64,000 nucleotides of DNA from Prorocentrum cordatum (taxonomy: Eukaryota): contig CAUYUJ010000059.1 in assembly GCA_963575745.1 (NCBI GenBank), positions 248,001-312,000 on the forward strand, given 5' to 3'. Within the stretch, counting starts at the first letter, position 1. Each line of letters begins with the position of its first letter. A program made the translations under genes and the position numbers. This document shows positions 13,391 to 25,538 of this stretch, piece by piece. The notes beneath the pieces are model-generated. The model worked only from the letters and a program-made list of their open reading frames with translations, was not told where the DNA came from and made no database searches.

Positions 13391-13880
13391 GATCGAGGCC
13401 TAGTGGGATGCGATCACAGCTGGATCGAGCCCTAGTGAGATGTTTTATATCTAGATCGAGTCTTAATATGATGTTTTTAGAGTCGGGTCCAGCCCGAACA
13501 GAGTTCTATTAAAAGATATACCAGCCCCGAGTAGTATTATGTTAGAGATGGATCAACTATCGTCAAATAAATGGCATGCATGCTGAATCGGGCTCTGGAA
13601 AAGTTCATCCGACATGTATACAGCCTGGATATGACTCTTCAGAACTGGATCCAGCCGTGTTAGGATTGCATTAGAGTTGGATCCAGCCTTAGTAGGATTA
13701 GATTAGACTTGGATCCAGATCTAGTAGGATTCTGTAACTGCTGGGTCGACCCCTAGTGAGATTCTTCTAGAGCTGGGCTCGATCATTGTAGGATTCTATG
13801 TGAGTTGGACCGAACCCTGTTAGGAGTACATCAGAGCTGGGTCGAGCTCTAGTAGGATCCTAAGAGGGCTTGATCGGCCC
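13391..13880 (+). repeat. Degenerate ~31 bp minisatellite (CTGGATCCAGCCTTAGTAGGATTCTATTAGAG-like)
   Basis: GGATCC/GATCGA...TAGTAGGAT recurs at ~31 nt spacing; AT-richer than the flanks. Confidence 0.75.
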
Positions 13881-14267
13881 CTGGAAGGACGTAGTCGGTG
13901 CACCAAGAGGCAGAGGATGACGAAAAACCTCTCGTCTTGAATTTTTCACGACTCGAGGGGGTCTGGGTCCCTCGCGCCTCCTCGGAGGAGGCAAGGGCGT
14001 GACACGCGGCGGCATACTTGCCCCCCCCTATCCCACCCGGCCGCCCGCCCGACCCGACCTGTCCGTTAGGGTCCGCCCGACCCGGCCCGATCCGTTCGTA
14101 GGGTCCACCTGCCCAGCCCGACCCGCCCGCTAGGGCTCGCGCGTGCGAACTCGATGGTGCGTCATACTTCAATGCCCCGCCCGCCCGACCCGACCCGCCC
14201 GTTAGGGCCCGCTCCCCCGAGCCGACCCGCCCGTGAGCGGACACCTTCTTCCTCGCTCCTCGGAGGA

Positions 14268-14464
14268 TCGGGCCGAACGAAAGGGGGGGATAGGGGAGGG
14301 GGGGGTTACGAAATCTGCTGCGTGCAGCTGGTTTCGGCCCCGCCGCCGGGCCCATTCCTCAATGCATGGGCGCCTCCCGGCGCCGGGAGGCGCTGGGAAA
14401 ATCGGCTACGTGAGCTGAGTCTCAAACCCCCCCTTTGCTATCCCCCCCTTTCGCCCAGCCCGAT
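14268..14464. mobile_element. MITE family C (other copies ~48492-48690, 49129-49250 truncated, 61470-61666)
   Basis: TIR ATCGGGCCGAACGAAAGGGGGGGATAG / CTATCCCCCCCTTTCGCCCAGCCCGAT; conserved core GCAGCTGGTTTCGGCCCCGCCG in all copies. Confidence 0.8.
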
Positions 14465-14930
14465 TCTTCGCTCCTCCTCGGAGAAGTGAAGGGGCCCTGG
14501 GACACACAAAGAAATCGACACGAATAACAGGATTCCCGTTTCTTCCCTATAACCTCCTGGGCTCTTGCCTTCCCCCCCCCGCTCCCCATGGGTTCCCTCA
14601 TCTTCTGGGGCGTCGAGGATACCTTGTGCCTGTGTGCATTCTCCCCCTCCAGAAGGGGGCGAGGCCGTGACTCGCGGCGGCATCTTCGTGCCCCCCCCCG
14701 CACCACCCCGCCGGCCGCCGCGCCCCGCCGAGGCCGCGGCCGCCCTGGCCGCCCCCCGCCCGCGGGCCGCGGCGCCCCGGCGCCTGAGGACGGGCCCCCC
14801 CTCCTCCTCCTCCTCGTCCTCCTCCTCCTCCTCCTCCTCCTCCTCCTCCTCCTCCTCCTCCTCCTCCTCCTCCTTCCCGCTCCGCTCGTCGCTGGAGGGG
14901 GGGGGCGGGGCAGGAGGAGGCGTGTGAACA

Positions 14931-15127
14931 GGGGAACAAAGCGTGGCGTAAACATCAAAAACTCGGAGGTCCGCGCGGATTTCTCGGATCGGCGCTGGAC
15001 CCCCCTCCCTGGCGCGCGGAGCGCGCCAGGGGCGGCGCCGGAGGCGCCGCCGGGGGGCCCCAGCGCCGATCATAGAAATCCGCGCGGACCTCCGAGTTTT
15101 TGTGTTTGTGTCACTTTTTGTTCCCTA
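14931..15127. mobile_element. MITE family B copy
   Basis: Long TIRs GGGGAACAAA...AAACTCGGAGGTCCGCGCGGATTTCT / AGAAATCCGCGCGGACCTCCGAGTTT...TTTGTTCCC; opposite-orientation copy at 47264-47458; degenerate copy ~19670-19830. Confidence 0.8.
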
Positions 15128-16430
15128 GTGAAGCCCGCTCATATCCCTACTACATCATCACCTACCGCAGCTGTATCGGCTCAGGTGGCGGCACTGACAC
15201 CGACAGCGCACCGCCCCCTGTGCAGTGCCCTGGAAAAGGAGTCCTCGTCCTGGACTCGACCTACGGAACCCGTATAGGAACGGCCCCTCGGCCGTTTCCC
15301 CGGGAACGATTATTTGCCTATTGTCCTGGTATCGCTCGGACGTGTGTATGTTTTTTCTCGGCGAGGACCCTGGAGGAGTATCCTGGACCATCGAGCGAAA
15401 AAACACGCACGAAACCAAACAATGCACGGGAGATGGACGTCCGAGCGACGGCAAGTTGTTGACCATCTTGGAATACTTGTTGGGGTACTTTTTGTATTTT
15501 TCGTCCCAGAATCCCCCTGTAGGGGGGGACAGGCCCGACCGAACTCCAGCAGAGCGGCGCACGCAGGCGTTCGCGCACGGCCCCCCCGCTCCTCGGGGGG
15601 GGGGGGGAGGAGCACGGGCTCCCTCCCTGCTCGCTCGCTCGGGCGGGGGGGGGAGGAGGGGCCTCCAGAGGAGCGGCGCCTGCGCTCGTGCACGGTAGGC
15701 CTCCCCCTCCTCCTCCTCCTCCTCCTCCTCCTCCTCCTCCTCCTCCTCCTCCTCCTCCTCCTCCTCCTCCTCTCCTCCTCCCTCCTCCTCCTCCTCCTCC
15801 TCCTCCTCCTCCTCCTCCTTCTCCTCCTCCTCACTCTCTCCCCCTCCTCCTTCTTCTCCTCCTGCGCGCGGCCTTGCTGTGCCCGCGATGCCGGCGAAGG
15901 CGTTCGAGGCTGAGTTTTGGCGACGCAGGGGCACCGAGGGACGGTCAGCCCGGCTGGACTCGACGGAAGTCAACCTTGCACGCTCGGGGCCGCGATCGGT
16001 TGAAGCTTGAGCGATCGCCGCGGTGTCAAAGTCTCGGTGCGCGCCGACGTCGCGCGAACCTACCGCACGGTCCCGTACCCGTTCCCGGTCCCTGTTCCTG
16101 TTTTTCTTCGCGGGCGTTGTCGGGCGAAGGCGGAGGCGGAGGGGGGCATGAGGGAGGAGGGAGAGGACAGAGAGGGGCGAGGACAAAGAGAAGGGTGAAT
16201 AGTAGTCGTGCGGGCGAGCAGCGCGAGTGGTGGCTTGCATTCGTGAGGTCATCTAGCTTCTGCACCAGACAAGGTGTGCGATTCCTGGCCGCATCGAGCC
16301 AAAGACTGCACATCGCAGTTTCTCATTTGTGCCGTGGATTAGCGCATTTTCTTGGCGTGCCAGAGGACCCGTCGCACGCAGCTTCAACACGAGAGGTGCT
16401 ATGTCGTGGTGTTGTCCGCTCCCTCTTCTC

Positions 16431-16590
16431 AGGAGGGGAAATAACACAGACCCAATTGATCGTCGACTCCCAGGAAAATATGGGAAAAGGATGGGAAGTG
16501 GGAGGGAAGACGAGAACCTAGAAAATGCGGGAAAATATAAGGAATCCTGGGATGTGTGTCTCTTTATTTGTGTGTCCCTGGGCCCCTCTG
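16431..16590 (+). mobile_element. ~160 bp non-palindromic interspersed repeat (SINE-like), 9 copies in the window
   Basis: GAGGGGAAAAACACACAGACACAAT..ATCGTCGACTCCCAGGAAAATATGGGAAAA...TTTGTGTGTCCCAGGGCCCCTTC at ~14487-14650(-), 16431, 17030, 17790, 31064, 34958, 35329, 37614 and 48793. Confidence 0.8.
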
Positions 16591-17544
16591 ACTCTTTCAT
16601 CTTCTCCTTCCAAAAGAACCGCTGGACCCACTAAAGTATCATCCACAGACGGGCACGTTCCAAGCCGCTACGGAACGCGGGAGCGAGGTTCCAAGATCCT
16701 CGCCCGCCTCTGCACAAGTCACGGCGGGAGGTGTAAGCAGCAAGCTTCGGCATCCTCACCAGGCCTCTGGACCGTCAAGGCACGTGTCGGCAGCTGGCCC
16801 CAGCGCGGAGATCGAGTCGTTGGGGGGCCCACGTTGGGGAACAATCACGTGGGTCCGTCTGGAATGATGGTCGCCACGGCTGGGCGCAAATTTGAAGAAC
16901 GGCCGGGATGGACCACCCGGAGGGTGCGCAGAACCGATGTTGACAGTTGTTCTACGGGGGGGAGGGAACCGAGGTCCCAAAGCTCCAGCGGATTGGTTTG
17001 TCAATTTCCTGCATGTTCACTATATGTCAAGAGGGGAAAAAACACACAGCCACAATTCATCGTCGACCCCCAGGAAAATATGGGAAAATATGGGAAGTGG
17101 GGGGAAGAGAGAAACCCAGAAAATATGAGAAAATATGGGGAATAGGTTTATTTGTGTGTACTTAATTGTGTGTCCTGGGGCCCCTTCAGTATTGCAGGCT
17201 CCTGGGCCGTTCCTGGGCTCTGAGGCCGACAGAAAACGATCTGGCATGAAATAATTGGCCCCAGGAAGGCGTCGATCTGACAGCCACGGGCCAGGAAAGA
17301 CACGACGTCGGAGGTCTGCTTGGTTTCGAGGGCTAGCGTTTTGTATGTGCCTGTCCCTTCTGGGAGTCTCTCCGCAGGGAGTGCCCTCCTCCCCCGCCTG
17401 CTTTCTGCGGCCGCCCTCTTCCTCCTTCCCTCTCTTGCTGCGGGTTGATTCGTACGCCGCGCGCCCCCGGCCTCTAGAGCGCGCGAGCGGATCGCCTCTG
17501 CCGCGCTGCGACGGGAAAAGTGTCCGTCCCTTCTTCCACCGTCC

Positions 17545-17700
17545 ACCAAACCACTCCAACCCAACCCGAAGGCCCCAATTCGCCCTCCGTTCCCAGTGCG
17601 GGGGGGCCGGGGAGCCTTGAAAAAACACATGTGGAGCCCGCACCCCTCCCCAAGCCCAGATTCGGGTCTTCGGGTTGGGATGGGGTGGTCTGGTAGGTAG
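17545..17700. mobile_element. MITE family E (second copy ~32408-32579)
   Basis: TIR CCAAACCAC(T/C)CCAACCCAACCCGAAG / CTTCGGGTTGGG(A/T)TGGGGTGGTCTGG; shared TTGAAAAAACACAT core. Confidence 0.7.
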
Positions 17701-19441
17701 GCATTCTTGGGCTTCCAGGGGCCTCCAGGCGTTCCTGGGGGCCTCCGAAGGGGACCTCCAGAGGCTTCCTCTCTGGAGCTCCAGAGTCAGGAGGGGAAAA
17801 GACACACAGACACAATCCATCGCCCGCTCCCAGGAAAAGATGGGAACATATGGGAAGGGGGGGGGGAAGACGAGAACCCGAAAGATTTTGGGAAAGTGTG
17901 GGGAGTAGTTTTATCTGTGTGCATTTATCTCTGTGCCCTGGGGCCCCCTTCGCAGAGAGGGGGCCTCTGGAGGCGGGCCCTGCGGAGAGGAGGCCTCTGG
18001 GGAGGCGGGGGGGCGCCGCGCTGCTGCCCGCGGCCTCGGCCGGGGATCCGGAGAGCAGGAGTGGGAGCCCGCGGACCGCTTGGCATGGCCCCGTCGAGGG
18101 GGCGAGAGGCGCCGGCTCTTGCCCCCCCTTCCTCCGCCCGCGAGCCCGCCCCGTCCAGCCAGTGGGAAATCACTGTCTTGTCACATGGGGGGTAGCGCTC
18201 CTCCCCCTCCTCCTCCTCCTCCTCCTCCCTCCTCCTCCTCCTCCTCCTCCTCCTCCTCCTCCTCCTCCTCCTCCTCCTCCTCCTCCTCCTCCTCCTCCTC
18301 CTCCTCCTCCTCCTCCTCCTCCTCCTGCCCCGAGGGGGCCCCTCCCGTAGGGGAGGGGTCGGGACCCTAGGGTCCTCCTGGCGCAGGCGGGGAGCGCCGA
18401 GCCCGAGGGGCGAAAAGCCCCCGCTCCCCGGGGGACGCCGCCAAAGTGCGGTTTCCTTCCCCCGGGGGGGTCGCCAGGTCCCGTGGCCTCCCCCAGGGCG
18501 GTGCTGGTTCCCCCCAGCGTTCGCCGCCCTGGGGCGGGACCGGTGGCTCGTCTCTGTCGTGTCGTTCGTCCGTGTCTTGTCTTCGTGTCGTGTCGTTCGT
18601 TTCGTCCCTCTGTCGTGTCGCGTCGTGTCGTGTCGTGGCGGGCCGGGCCCCTGGGGTGGGTGGCGTGGGTTTGGCTTGGACTGGCCCCCCCCCGTTCTGT
18701 CGGCTGCCGGGTGTTTCCGGCGTGGCCGTTTCCGGCCGACAGAACGAGGGGGGGGAGCTCTCCACCTATTCCCATGCTGCCCGCTTGCGGGGGGCCTGCT
18801 GGCGCCGTGCGCCACCCGCCGCCGTGAGCGCCCCGCGGCTGGCCGCGCGCCCGCGCGCGGGCGCCCGCCGGCCGCGGTGTCTCGCGGCTTTAGTGCTGTG
18901 CACTCCCCCTTTCGAGGGCATTCCAATCCAATCCAATCCAATCCAATCCAATCCAATCCAATCCAATCCAATCCAATCCAATCCTCCTCCTCCTCCTCCT
19001 CCTCCTCCTCCTCCTCCTCCTCCTCCTCCTCCTCCTCCTCCTCCTCCTCCTCCTCCTCCTCCTCCTCCCCCCACCTCCCCCTCCTCCCCCTCCCCCTCCT
19101 CCTCCTCCTCCCCTCCTCCCCCTCCTTTTTCCTCCTCCTCCTCCTCCTCCCCTCCTGCCCCCCCCCCTCCCCCTCCTCCTCCTCCTCCTCCTCCTCCTCC
19201 TCCGGGAGCCTTGAGAGGGGGGTCAATGCAAACGGGGGTCAGCCATGACGGCACCGGATCCTGCAATATCCCCCTTTGGCTGACCCGGGTCAGCGAGCCG
19301 CGAGGCGGCCGCGCCTATCGGCTTACCCGGGATTTTGCGAAGACCTGCGTTGCAGTTGTTTTTGTCCTGCATGGCAGTGTTTGGTTTCTTGCTGACCCGG
19401 GTCAGAAGATCCCCGACAGGAGCGGGAGGTGTAGGTACAGT

Positions 19442-19603
19442 TAAGTCGGGCCTGTCCCTCTACAGGAGGAATATCAAAAAAGCAGTCAAAAAATGAGTAT
19501 GGGGATGATGTTTGGAGCATTTGTTGGCCATTTTGGGGCATTTGTTGACTATTTCTTCTATCTGTCGTCAAAAGTCCTCCTGTAGGGGGACAGGCCCGAC
19601 TTA
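19442..19603. mobile_element. MITE family A, best-preserved copy, TA-flanked (Tc1/mariner-type inferred)
   Basis: TAAGTCGGGCCTGTCCCTCTACAGGAGGA ... TCCTCCTGTAGGGGGACAGGCCCGACTTA, 28/29 inverted match; other copies at 3016, 10238, ~15455-15540 (right half) and 32753-32917. Confidence 0.85.
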
Positions 19604-21536
19604 CACGTACAGTCGGCCCGCGATATAAGATCGAGGTCGGTTCGGGGAGGGCACGAAGAAGAAGAACGCCATAAACATATATAGTTGGCGCTCCGCGTGG
19701 ATTGGGCCCCCCCCGGCGGCGCCTCCGGCGCTGCCCCTGGCGCGCTCCGGGCGCCAGGGAGAGGGGTCCAGCGCAGATCCAAGAAATCCGCGCGGAGCCC
19801 CAAAAGTTTGTTTGTGCCATTTTGTCATTCTTCAATCTTGTTTGTCGGATGCTCTCTCTATTATGCGTCCCAGGGGAGGGTACCCTTGGATGCTCTGTTT
19901 GGTTTGGCCGACGGAGGGTCTCGTGTTCTCGAGGGATGTTCTTCTGGCCTTGATCCGGCTGTACGTACAATCGGCCACGCGCAGAGGGGTGAAGGTGAAG
20001 GAGGGAAGGCGAAGGGGACTGCCTCTAAAAAGGCGCGGGCCATGTAGGTGTAGGGCCGGCGACTAATGAAAAGCGGCCTTCTTCTAAGAAGTTCGCCCCC
20101 TCTCCCTCCATCTTTGTGCGCGCCGCGGGGGTGAGGGTGCGAAATGAGTCGTGCTTCACGGTCTGGGCCATTTCAGAGCGAGGCGCGAGCCCTTCCTCCT
20201 GCTCCAGGGGGGGTGGGGGGGGGCGGCGAAAAAGCGTGAAGATACTTACCCTAGGTACAAGGGTGTTCACGGTTCGGTCGATTCGGTTGCGTCGCAGTCG
20301 GTTGCGTTCGTTCGGTTCGGTTCGGTCGTTTGTTGTGTTGTTGCCGTGTCGGTGCACCTTTTTGGGTTGTTGCTTGCAGCTTGTCAATTTCGATCGGGTT
20401 TGATTTTGCTGTCGATTCGGCCGTTGTAGGTTTTGTTGTCGCCGTGCACGGCCTTGACGCACGAGGATGAGGGAAGAGGAAGGAGGAGGAGGATGAGGAG
20501 GAGGAGGAGGTCAGTTCTCTCCCGAGGAGGGTGGTCGTCACAGACCTGAACGTCGCGCTGGCCGTGGGTTCCGAGGACGAGTGTGACAACGACGACTCCC
20601 AGGATGCAAGAGAAACTCCCCGTGCTCCTTCTATAAACATACAGAGAGGGAGGGAGAAGAACAACGAAAAAACGTGCACGTCAGAGGTGCATTGGCAAGA
20701 TGGTGGAACAAGCCGCTACAGTACAATTCCGGCGGCTCTGCTGTGGAACAGGGGTGGGACCACGGAATCGAGGTACGATTCTACCACGCTCGCTTTTCTC
20801 ATCGCCCGAGTGCTCACGAAAGCCAGCGATCCCGCCAGTATTTTCCAGAAGCGCTCAAGACGGCCTCGCGACACTTCAAGCGGTTCTCAAACGCTGCAAG
20901 AGAGTCCCCGCAGGTGTTCCAGGTAGCCCGAGATCTCAGCAAGGCGACCCCAAGAGACACCTTAGACGGCCCAGCGAGCTCCAAGACGGCCCAAGACAGC
21001 CCCAAGACGGCCCGAAGGGTGTTGGGGGAGACAGACGGTGCAGGTGCACTCTATGGCACGCGTCAGGTGGCTTTTGTCTTCTTTCAGTGTGGAGACGGGC
21101 CGCTGAAGCACACACACAGCCATGTCAACATCTAAGCCTTCGCGCCAGGGAGATCTGGGCATCCGTGAGCCCAGCGCGCACCCTTCGGCTCCCCGCATGC
21201 CCCCCGCATCACAGCCAAGATGCCGAAGATCACCGAGCGCGTTCCACTACTCGCAAAGTGCCCACTCGCAAACGTCCGAACAAAAAAAGCACATGTCTGC
21301 TCCGATGTATTGTATCGTAGAGCCCCCACGGCGGATCCAGGCCATTTGCGAGGAATTTGTCACTCTGCGAGTAGTGGAACGCGCTCGTCTAGAAGAGAGG
21401 ACCACTTCGGTTTCCGGCGGGACTCTGGAGCGGCAGGGCCGCTCCGCAGCTCTGGGCCCGCGCCCCTGTGTTCGAGGCCGAGGCTCGCCGCGGCCAGAAG
21501 AGCCCCGCCGTGCCTCGTTCGGCCTCCTCTGTGGCC

Positions 21537-22283
21537 TCCGCCTCCTCCTCCTCCTCCTCGTCCTCCCGCCTCCTCCTCCTCCCCCTCCTCCTCCTCCTCC
21601 TCCTCCTCCTCCTCCTCCTCCCTCCTCCTCCTCCTCCTCCTCCTCCTCCTCCTCCTCCTCCTCCTCCTCCTCCTCCTCCTCCTCCTCCTCCTCCTCCTCC
21701 TCCCCTCCTCCTCCCTCCTCCTCCTCCTCTCCTCCTCCTCCTCCTCCTCTTCCTTCTCCTACCCTTCTCCTCCTCCTCTCCTCCTCCTCCTCTCCTCCTC
21801 CCTCCTCCTCCTCCTCCGCCTCCTCCTCCTCCTCCTCCTCCCTCCTCCTCCCTCCTCCTCCTCCTCCTCCCCTCCTCCCCTCCTCCTCCTCCTCCTCCTC
21901 CTCCTCCTCCTCCTCCTCCTCCTCCTCCCCCTCCCCCTCCTCTCCTCCTCCACCTCCTCCTTCTCCTCCTCCTCTCCTCCTCCTCCTCCCTCTCCCTTCT
22001 CCTCCTTCCCCTCCTCCTCCTCCTCCTCCTCCTCTCCTCTTCCTCCTCCTCCTCCTCCTCCTCCTCCTCCTCCTCCTCCTCCTCCTCCTCCCCTCCTCCT
22101 CCTCCTCCTCCTCCCTCCTCCCCCTCCTCCTCCTCCTCCTCCTCCTCCTCCTCCTCCTCCTCCTCCTCCTCCTCCTCCTCCTCCTCCTCCTCCTCCTCCT
22201 CCTCCTCCTCCTCCTCCTCCTCCTCCTCCTCCTCCTCCTCCTCCTCCTCCTCCCCCTCCCCCTCCCCCTCGTCCTCCTCCGCC
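21537..22283. repeat. (CCT)n microsatellite, left flank of the S1 retrocopy
   Basis: Directly visible; resumes at 25539-25765. Confidence 0.95.
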
Positions 22284-22305
22284 TCCGTAGCCATTTTGGC
22301 TCAAG
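22284..22305 (+). other. Perfect dinoflagellate spliced leader (DinoSL) copy
   Basis: TCCGTAGCCATTTTGGCTCAAG, 22/22 match; followed by degenerate relic CCCTCTTGGCCCAAAG (22306-22321). Confidence 0.97.
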
Positions 22306-22388
22306 CCCTCTTGGCCCAAAGGCCAGCCGTTCGCCGGGCGCAGCTCTGCTTTGGTTCCAGCCCCCTTCGCGGCGCGCTCTGCGGAGAG

Positions 22389-25269
22389 ATGGCACCCGGC
22401 GCGACGGCCGGCCAGCGGGGGCGGGGGCGCGGCCTCGCCGCGGCGCTGGCGCTCGCCGCCGCCTGCCGGCTGCTGGGGGGCCCGCTGGCCTTCCTGGCGG
22501 CGGGGAGCGGCGCGCTGGCGCCGAGGCCGTTGAGGAGAGCCGCTGGGTCCTGCCGGCTTTCTCGCGCGGCGGTCGCCGAGCAGGTCGTCGCCAAGCCCGG
22601 GGCCGAGCCCGTGGCGGAGGGGAGTGTCCAGCGGAGGAGGAAGAAATGGAAGCCTCCTCAGCCTCGCATCCCGATCGATTCGCTCAAGGTCGGCCAGAGT
22701 TTCCGGGGGCTCGCGCGCGCCACGGGGCGCTTTGGCGCCATCGTGGACATCGGGGCCGAGAGCAACGGACTGTTGCACATCTCCGCCGTCGCCAAGGAGA
22801 GGTTCGAGCAGCTCAAGGGGAAGCAGAAGAAGCGGGTCAAGGTCTGGATCGGCGGCCTGGACGACGGGAAGCTCCGCCTGACCACGTTCAAGAGCCAGCT
22901 GGACATTAATGACATGAAGAAGTATCCCATCCCGTACGATTCGCTCAAGGTCGGCCAGGAGTTCAAGGGGATCGTGCGCTCCATGACGAAATTCGGCGCC
23001 TTCGTGGACATCGGGGCCAAGAACCCCGGGCTGCTGCACACCTCCGGCGTCACCACGAACGAAATCAACAACACCCGCTGGATCCTCAAGGCAAACCAGG
23101 AGGTCAAGGTCTGGATCAGTGGCTTGATGGGCGACGGGCAGTTCAGCCTGACCATGATCGAGGGCCAGAAGGACATCCGGGTCAGGACGCTCAAGTACGG
23201 CCAGGAGTTCCAGGGGACCGTGCGCTCCGTGAGGGACATCGGCGCCTTTGTGGACATCGGAGCCGACAACAAGGGGCTGCTGCACATCTCCGCCATCTCC
23301 AAGGACCCTGCCGAGGACATCCACTCGGTGCTCAAGGAAGGTCAGGAGGTCAAGGTCTGGGTCAGCAACCTGCGCGGCGACGGGAAGTTCGCCCTGACCA
23401 TGACGGACAAGAAGACGCCTCCCATCCCGTTCGATTCGCTCAAGGTCGGCCAGGAGTTCCAGGGGACCGTGCGCCGCGTTGGGAAGAATTACTCCTTCGT
23501 GGACATCGGGGCCACGGTCGTCGGGCTGCTGCACAAATCCGCCATCTCCACGGACAGCATCGAGGACATCTCTTCGGTGCTCCAGGAAGGCCAGGAGGTC
23601 AAGGTCTGGATCAGCGGCCTGGACCGCGAGGGGAAGGCACGCCTGACCATGGTCGAGGGCCAGAAGGACACCCCTCGCATCCAGTTCGGTTCGCTCGAGG
23701 TCGGCCAGGAGTTCCAGGGGGCCGTGCGCTCCGTGGAGGACTTCGGCGCCTTCGTGGACATCGGGGCCACGAGCGACGGGCTGCTGCACAAATCCGCAAT
23801 CTCCACGGACAGGATCGAGGACATCCACTCGGTGCTCAAGGATGGCCAGGAGGTCAAGGTCTGGATCAGCGGCCTGCGCGGCGACGGGAAGGTATACCTG
23901 ACCATGGTCGAGGGCAAGAAGGACAAGAATATCCTTCCCATCCCGTTCGATTCGCTCAAGGTCGGCCAGGAGTTCTGGGGGGACCGTGAACTCCTTGCGG
24001 CGCCACGGCGCCTACGTGGACATCGGGGCCGAGAGAGAGGGGCTGCTGCACATCTCCGCCATCTCCAAGGACTATATCGAGAAGACCTCGTCGGTGTCGG
24101 TGCTCAAGGGTGACAAGATGGTCAAGGTCTGGATCAGCGACCTGAGCGACGACGGGAAGTTCGGCCTGACCATGATCAAGGGCTATAAGAGACCCGAGAG
24201 GGTCGAGCGCGAGTCCCCGAAGAGTCCCCGAACAGTCACCCCTTTCTCCCGCGCGTCCCCGGACGAGTGGTTCGAGGGCAGGGTCCTGAGCCTTCTGCCC
24301 TTCGGTGCGTTCATCCTGCTGAAGGCGGAGGATGGGACCGAGGCGGCTGGCCTGTGCCACGTGTCCCAGGTAGCCGGTGCTGTCTCGGTGGGCCAGAAGG
24401 TGAAGGTGCGCGTGCTCGGCGTGGACGTGGGCGCGAAGAAGATGAGCCTGAGCATGCAGAAGAGCGGCGGCTTCGAGTCGGTCAGCCCGGACGAGTGGCT
24501 CACCGGTAAGGTGGCCAGGTGCGCCTCCTTTGGGGCCTTCGTGGAGGTGACGGCGCCAAACGGCGCCACGGCGGAGGGCCCGGTGCACATCACGCAGATC
24601 AAGGACGGCCAAGTGGAGAACGTGGCGGATGAGCTCAAGCCCGGCCAGGAGGTGAATGTGCGCGTGGTCAGCAAAGTCGGAATCTTCGAGGGCGGGGGCA
24701 AGATGCGCCTGTCGATGCTGCCGCCCGGGGTCGGAACGCCCGACCTGAGCGCCTTCGAGTCGGTCAGCCCGGACAAGTGGCTCACCGGCAAGGTGGTCAG
24801 GTGCGAGACGTTTGGAGCCTTCGTGGAAGTGACGGCGCCAGACGGCGCCACGGCGGACGGCCTGGTGCACATATCGCAGATCAAGGACGACTTCGTGCGG
24901 AAAGTGAAGAAGGAGTTCGAGCCCGGCCAGGAGGTGAAGGTGCGCGTGATCAACGTCGACAACTTCGGGGGCAAGATGAGCTTGTTGATGATACCTGACC
25001 TGAGCGCCTTCGAGTCGGTCAGCCCGGACAAGTGGCTCACCGGCAAGGTGGTCAGGTGCGAGAAGTTTGGAGCCTTCGTGGAAGTGACGGCGCCAGACGG
25101 CCCCATGGCGGACGGCCTGGTGCACATATCGCAGATCAAGGACGACTTCGTGCGGAAAGTGAAGAAGGAGTTCAAGCCCGGCCAGGAGGTGAAGGTGCGC
25201 GTGATCAACGTCGACGTCGGCGCGGGCAAGATCAGCCTCTCGATGAAGCCGCCGGAGAGCTCCGACTAG
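22389..25269 (+). CDS. Multi-S1-domain RNA-binding protein (10 S1 repeats; ribosomal protein bS1-like), probably plastid-targeted; intronless retrocopy with a +1 frameshift at G run 23977-23982 (~959 aa if corrected)
   Basis: Repeats of LKVGQEFxGxVRS..FGAFVDIG...GLLHIS (x6) and WLTGKV....FGAFVEV...GLVHISQ (x4); the two provided ORFs join if one G is removed (TTC TGG GGG ACC GTG, compare TTC CAG GGG ACC GTG in sister repeats); hydrophobic N-terminus ending ...LAFLAAG followed by an R/A/S-rich stretch. Confidence 0.85.
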
Positions 25270-25522
25270 GAGTGAGGCAGTGCCGGTTAGACCTCGTCCT
25301 GTTGCTGGGAGAAAAGAAGCATACACATCATAGGCGACGCCGAGAGCCAGAGTTGCGAATCGTTTTGCTCCTTCTGGCGTCTACAGATTCACGCGTCCCG
25401 ATCCGCTCGTGCGGCTTTGCTGGCGCGAAGTCAGCGGCCTGTGGGCTTTGGGGCGCCCCGCGAGTGAGCCCGCGAGCGCGCGGGTAGCAGAAGCCTGTGA
25501 TGGAGAAGCCCGCCCAGATTTG

Positions 25523-25538
25523 AAAAAAAACAAAAAAA
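25523..25538 (+). other. Poly(A) tail remnant of the S1 retrocopy
   Basis: A8-C-A7, ~250 nt after the stop codon, immediately followed by resumption of the (CCT)n tract. Confidence 0.8.

Noticed and set aside
22284..22305. SL RNA gene
   Set aside because: The SL is not followed by the GT donor and intron of an SL RNA gene; it is fused to an mRNA 5'UTR, as are the other copies.
21468..22388. 881 aa ORF start upstream of the S1 gene
   Set aside because: The extension is the (CCT)n tract plus SL and 5'UTR; the true start is inferred at ATG 22389 after the SL.
21759..25326. Long minus-strand ORFs overlapping the S1 gene (and those over the methyltransferase)
   Set aside because: Antisense shadows caused by high GC3 codon bias.
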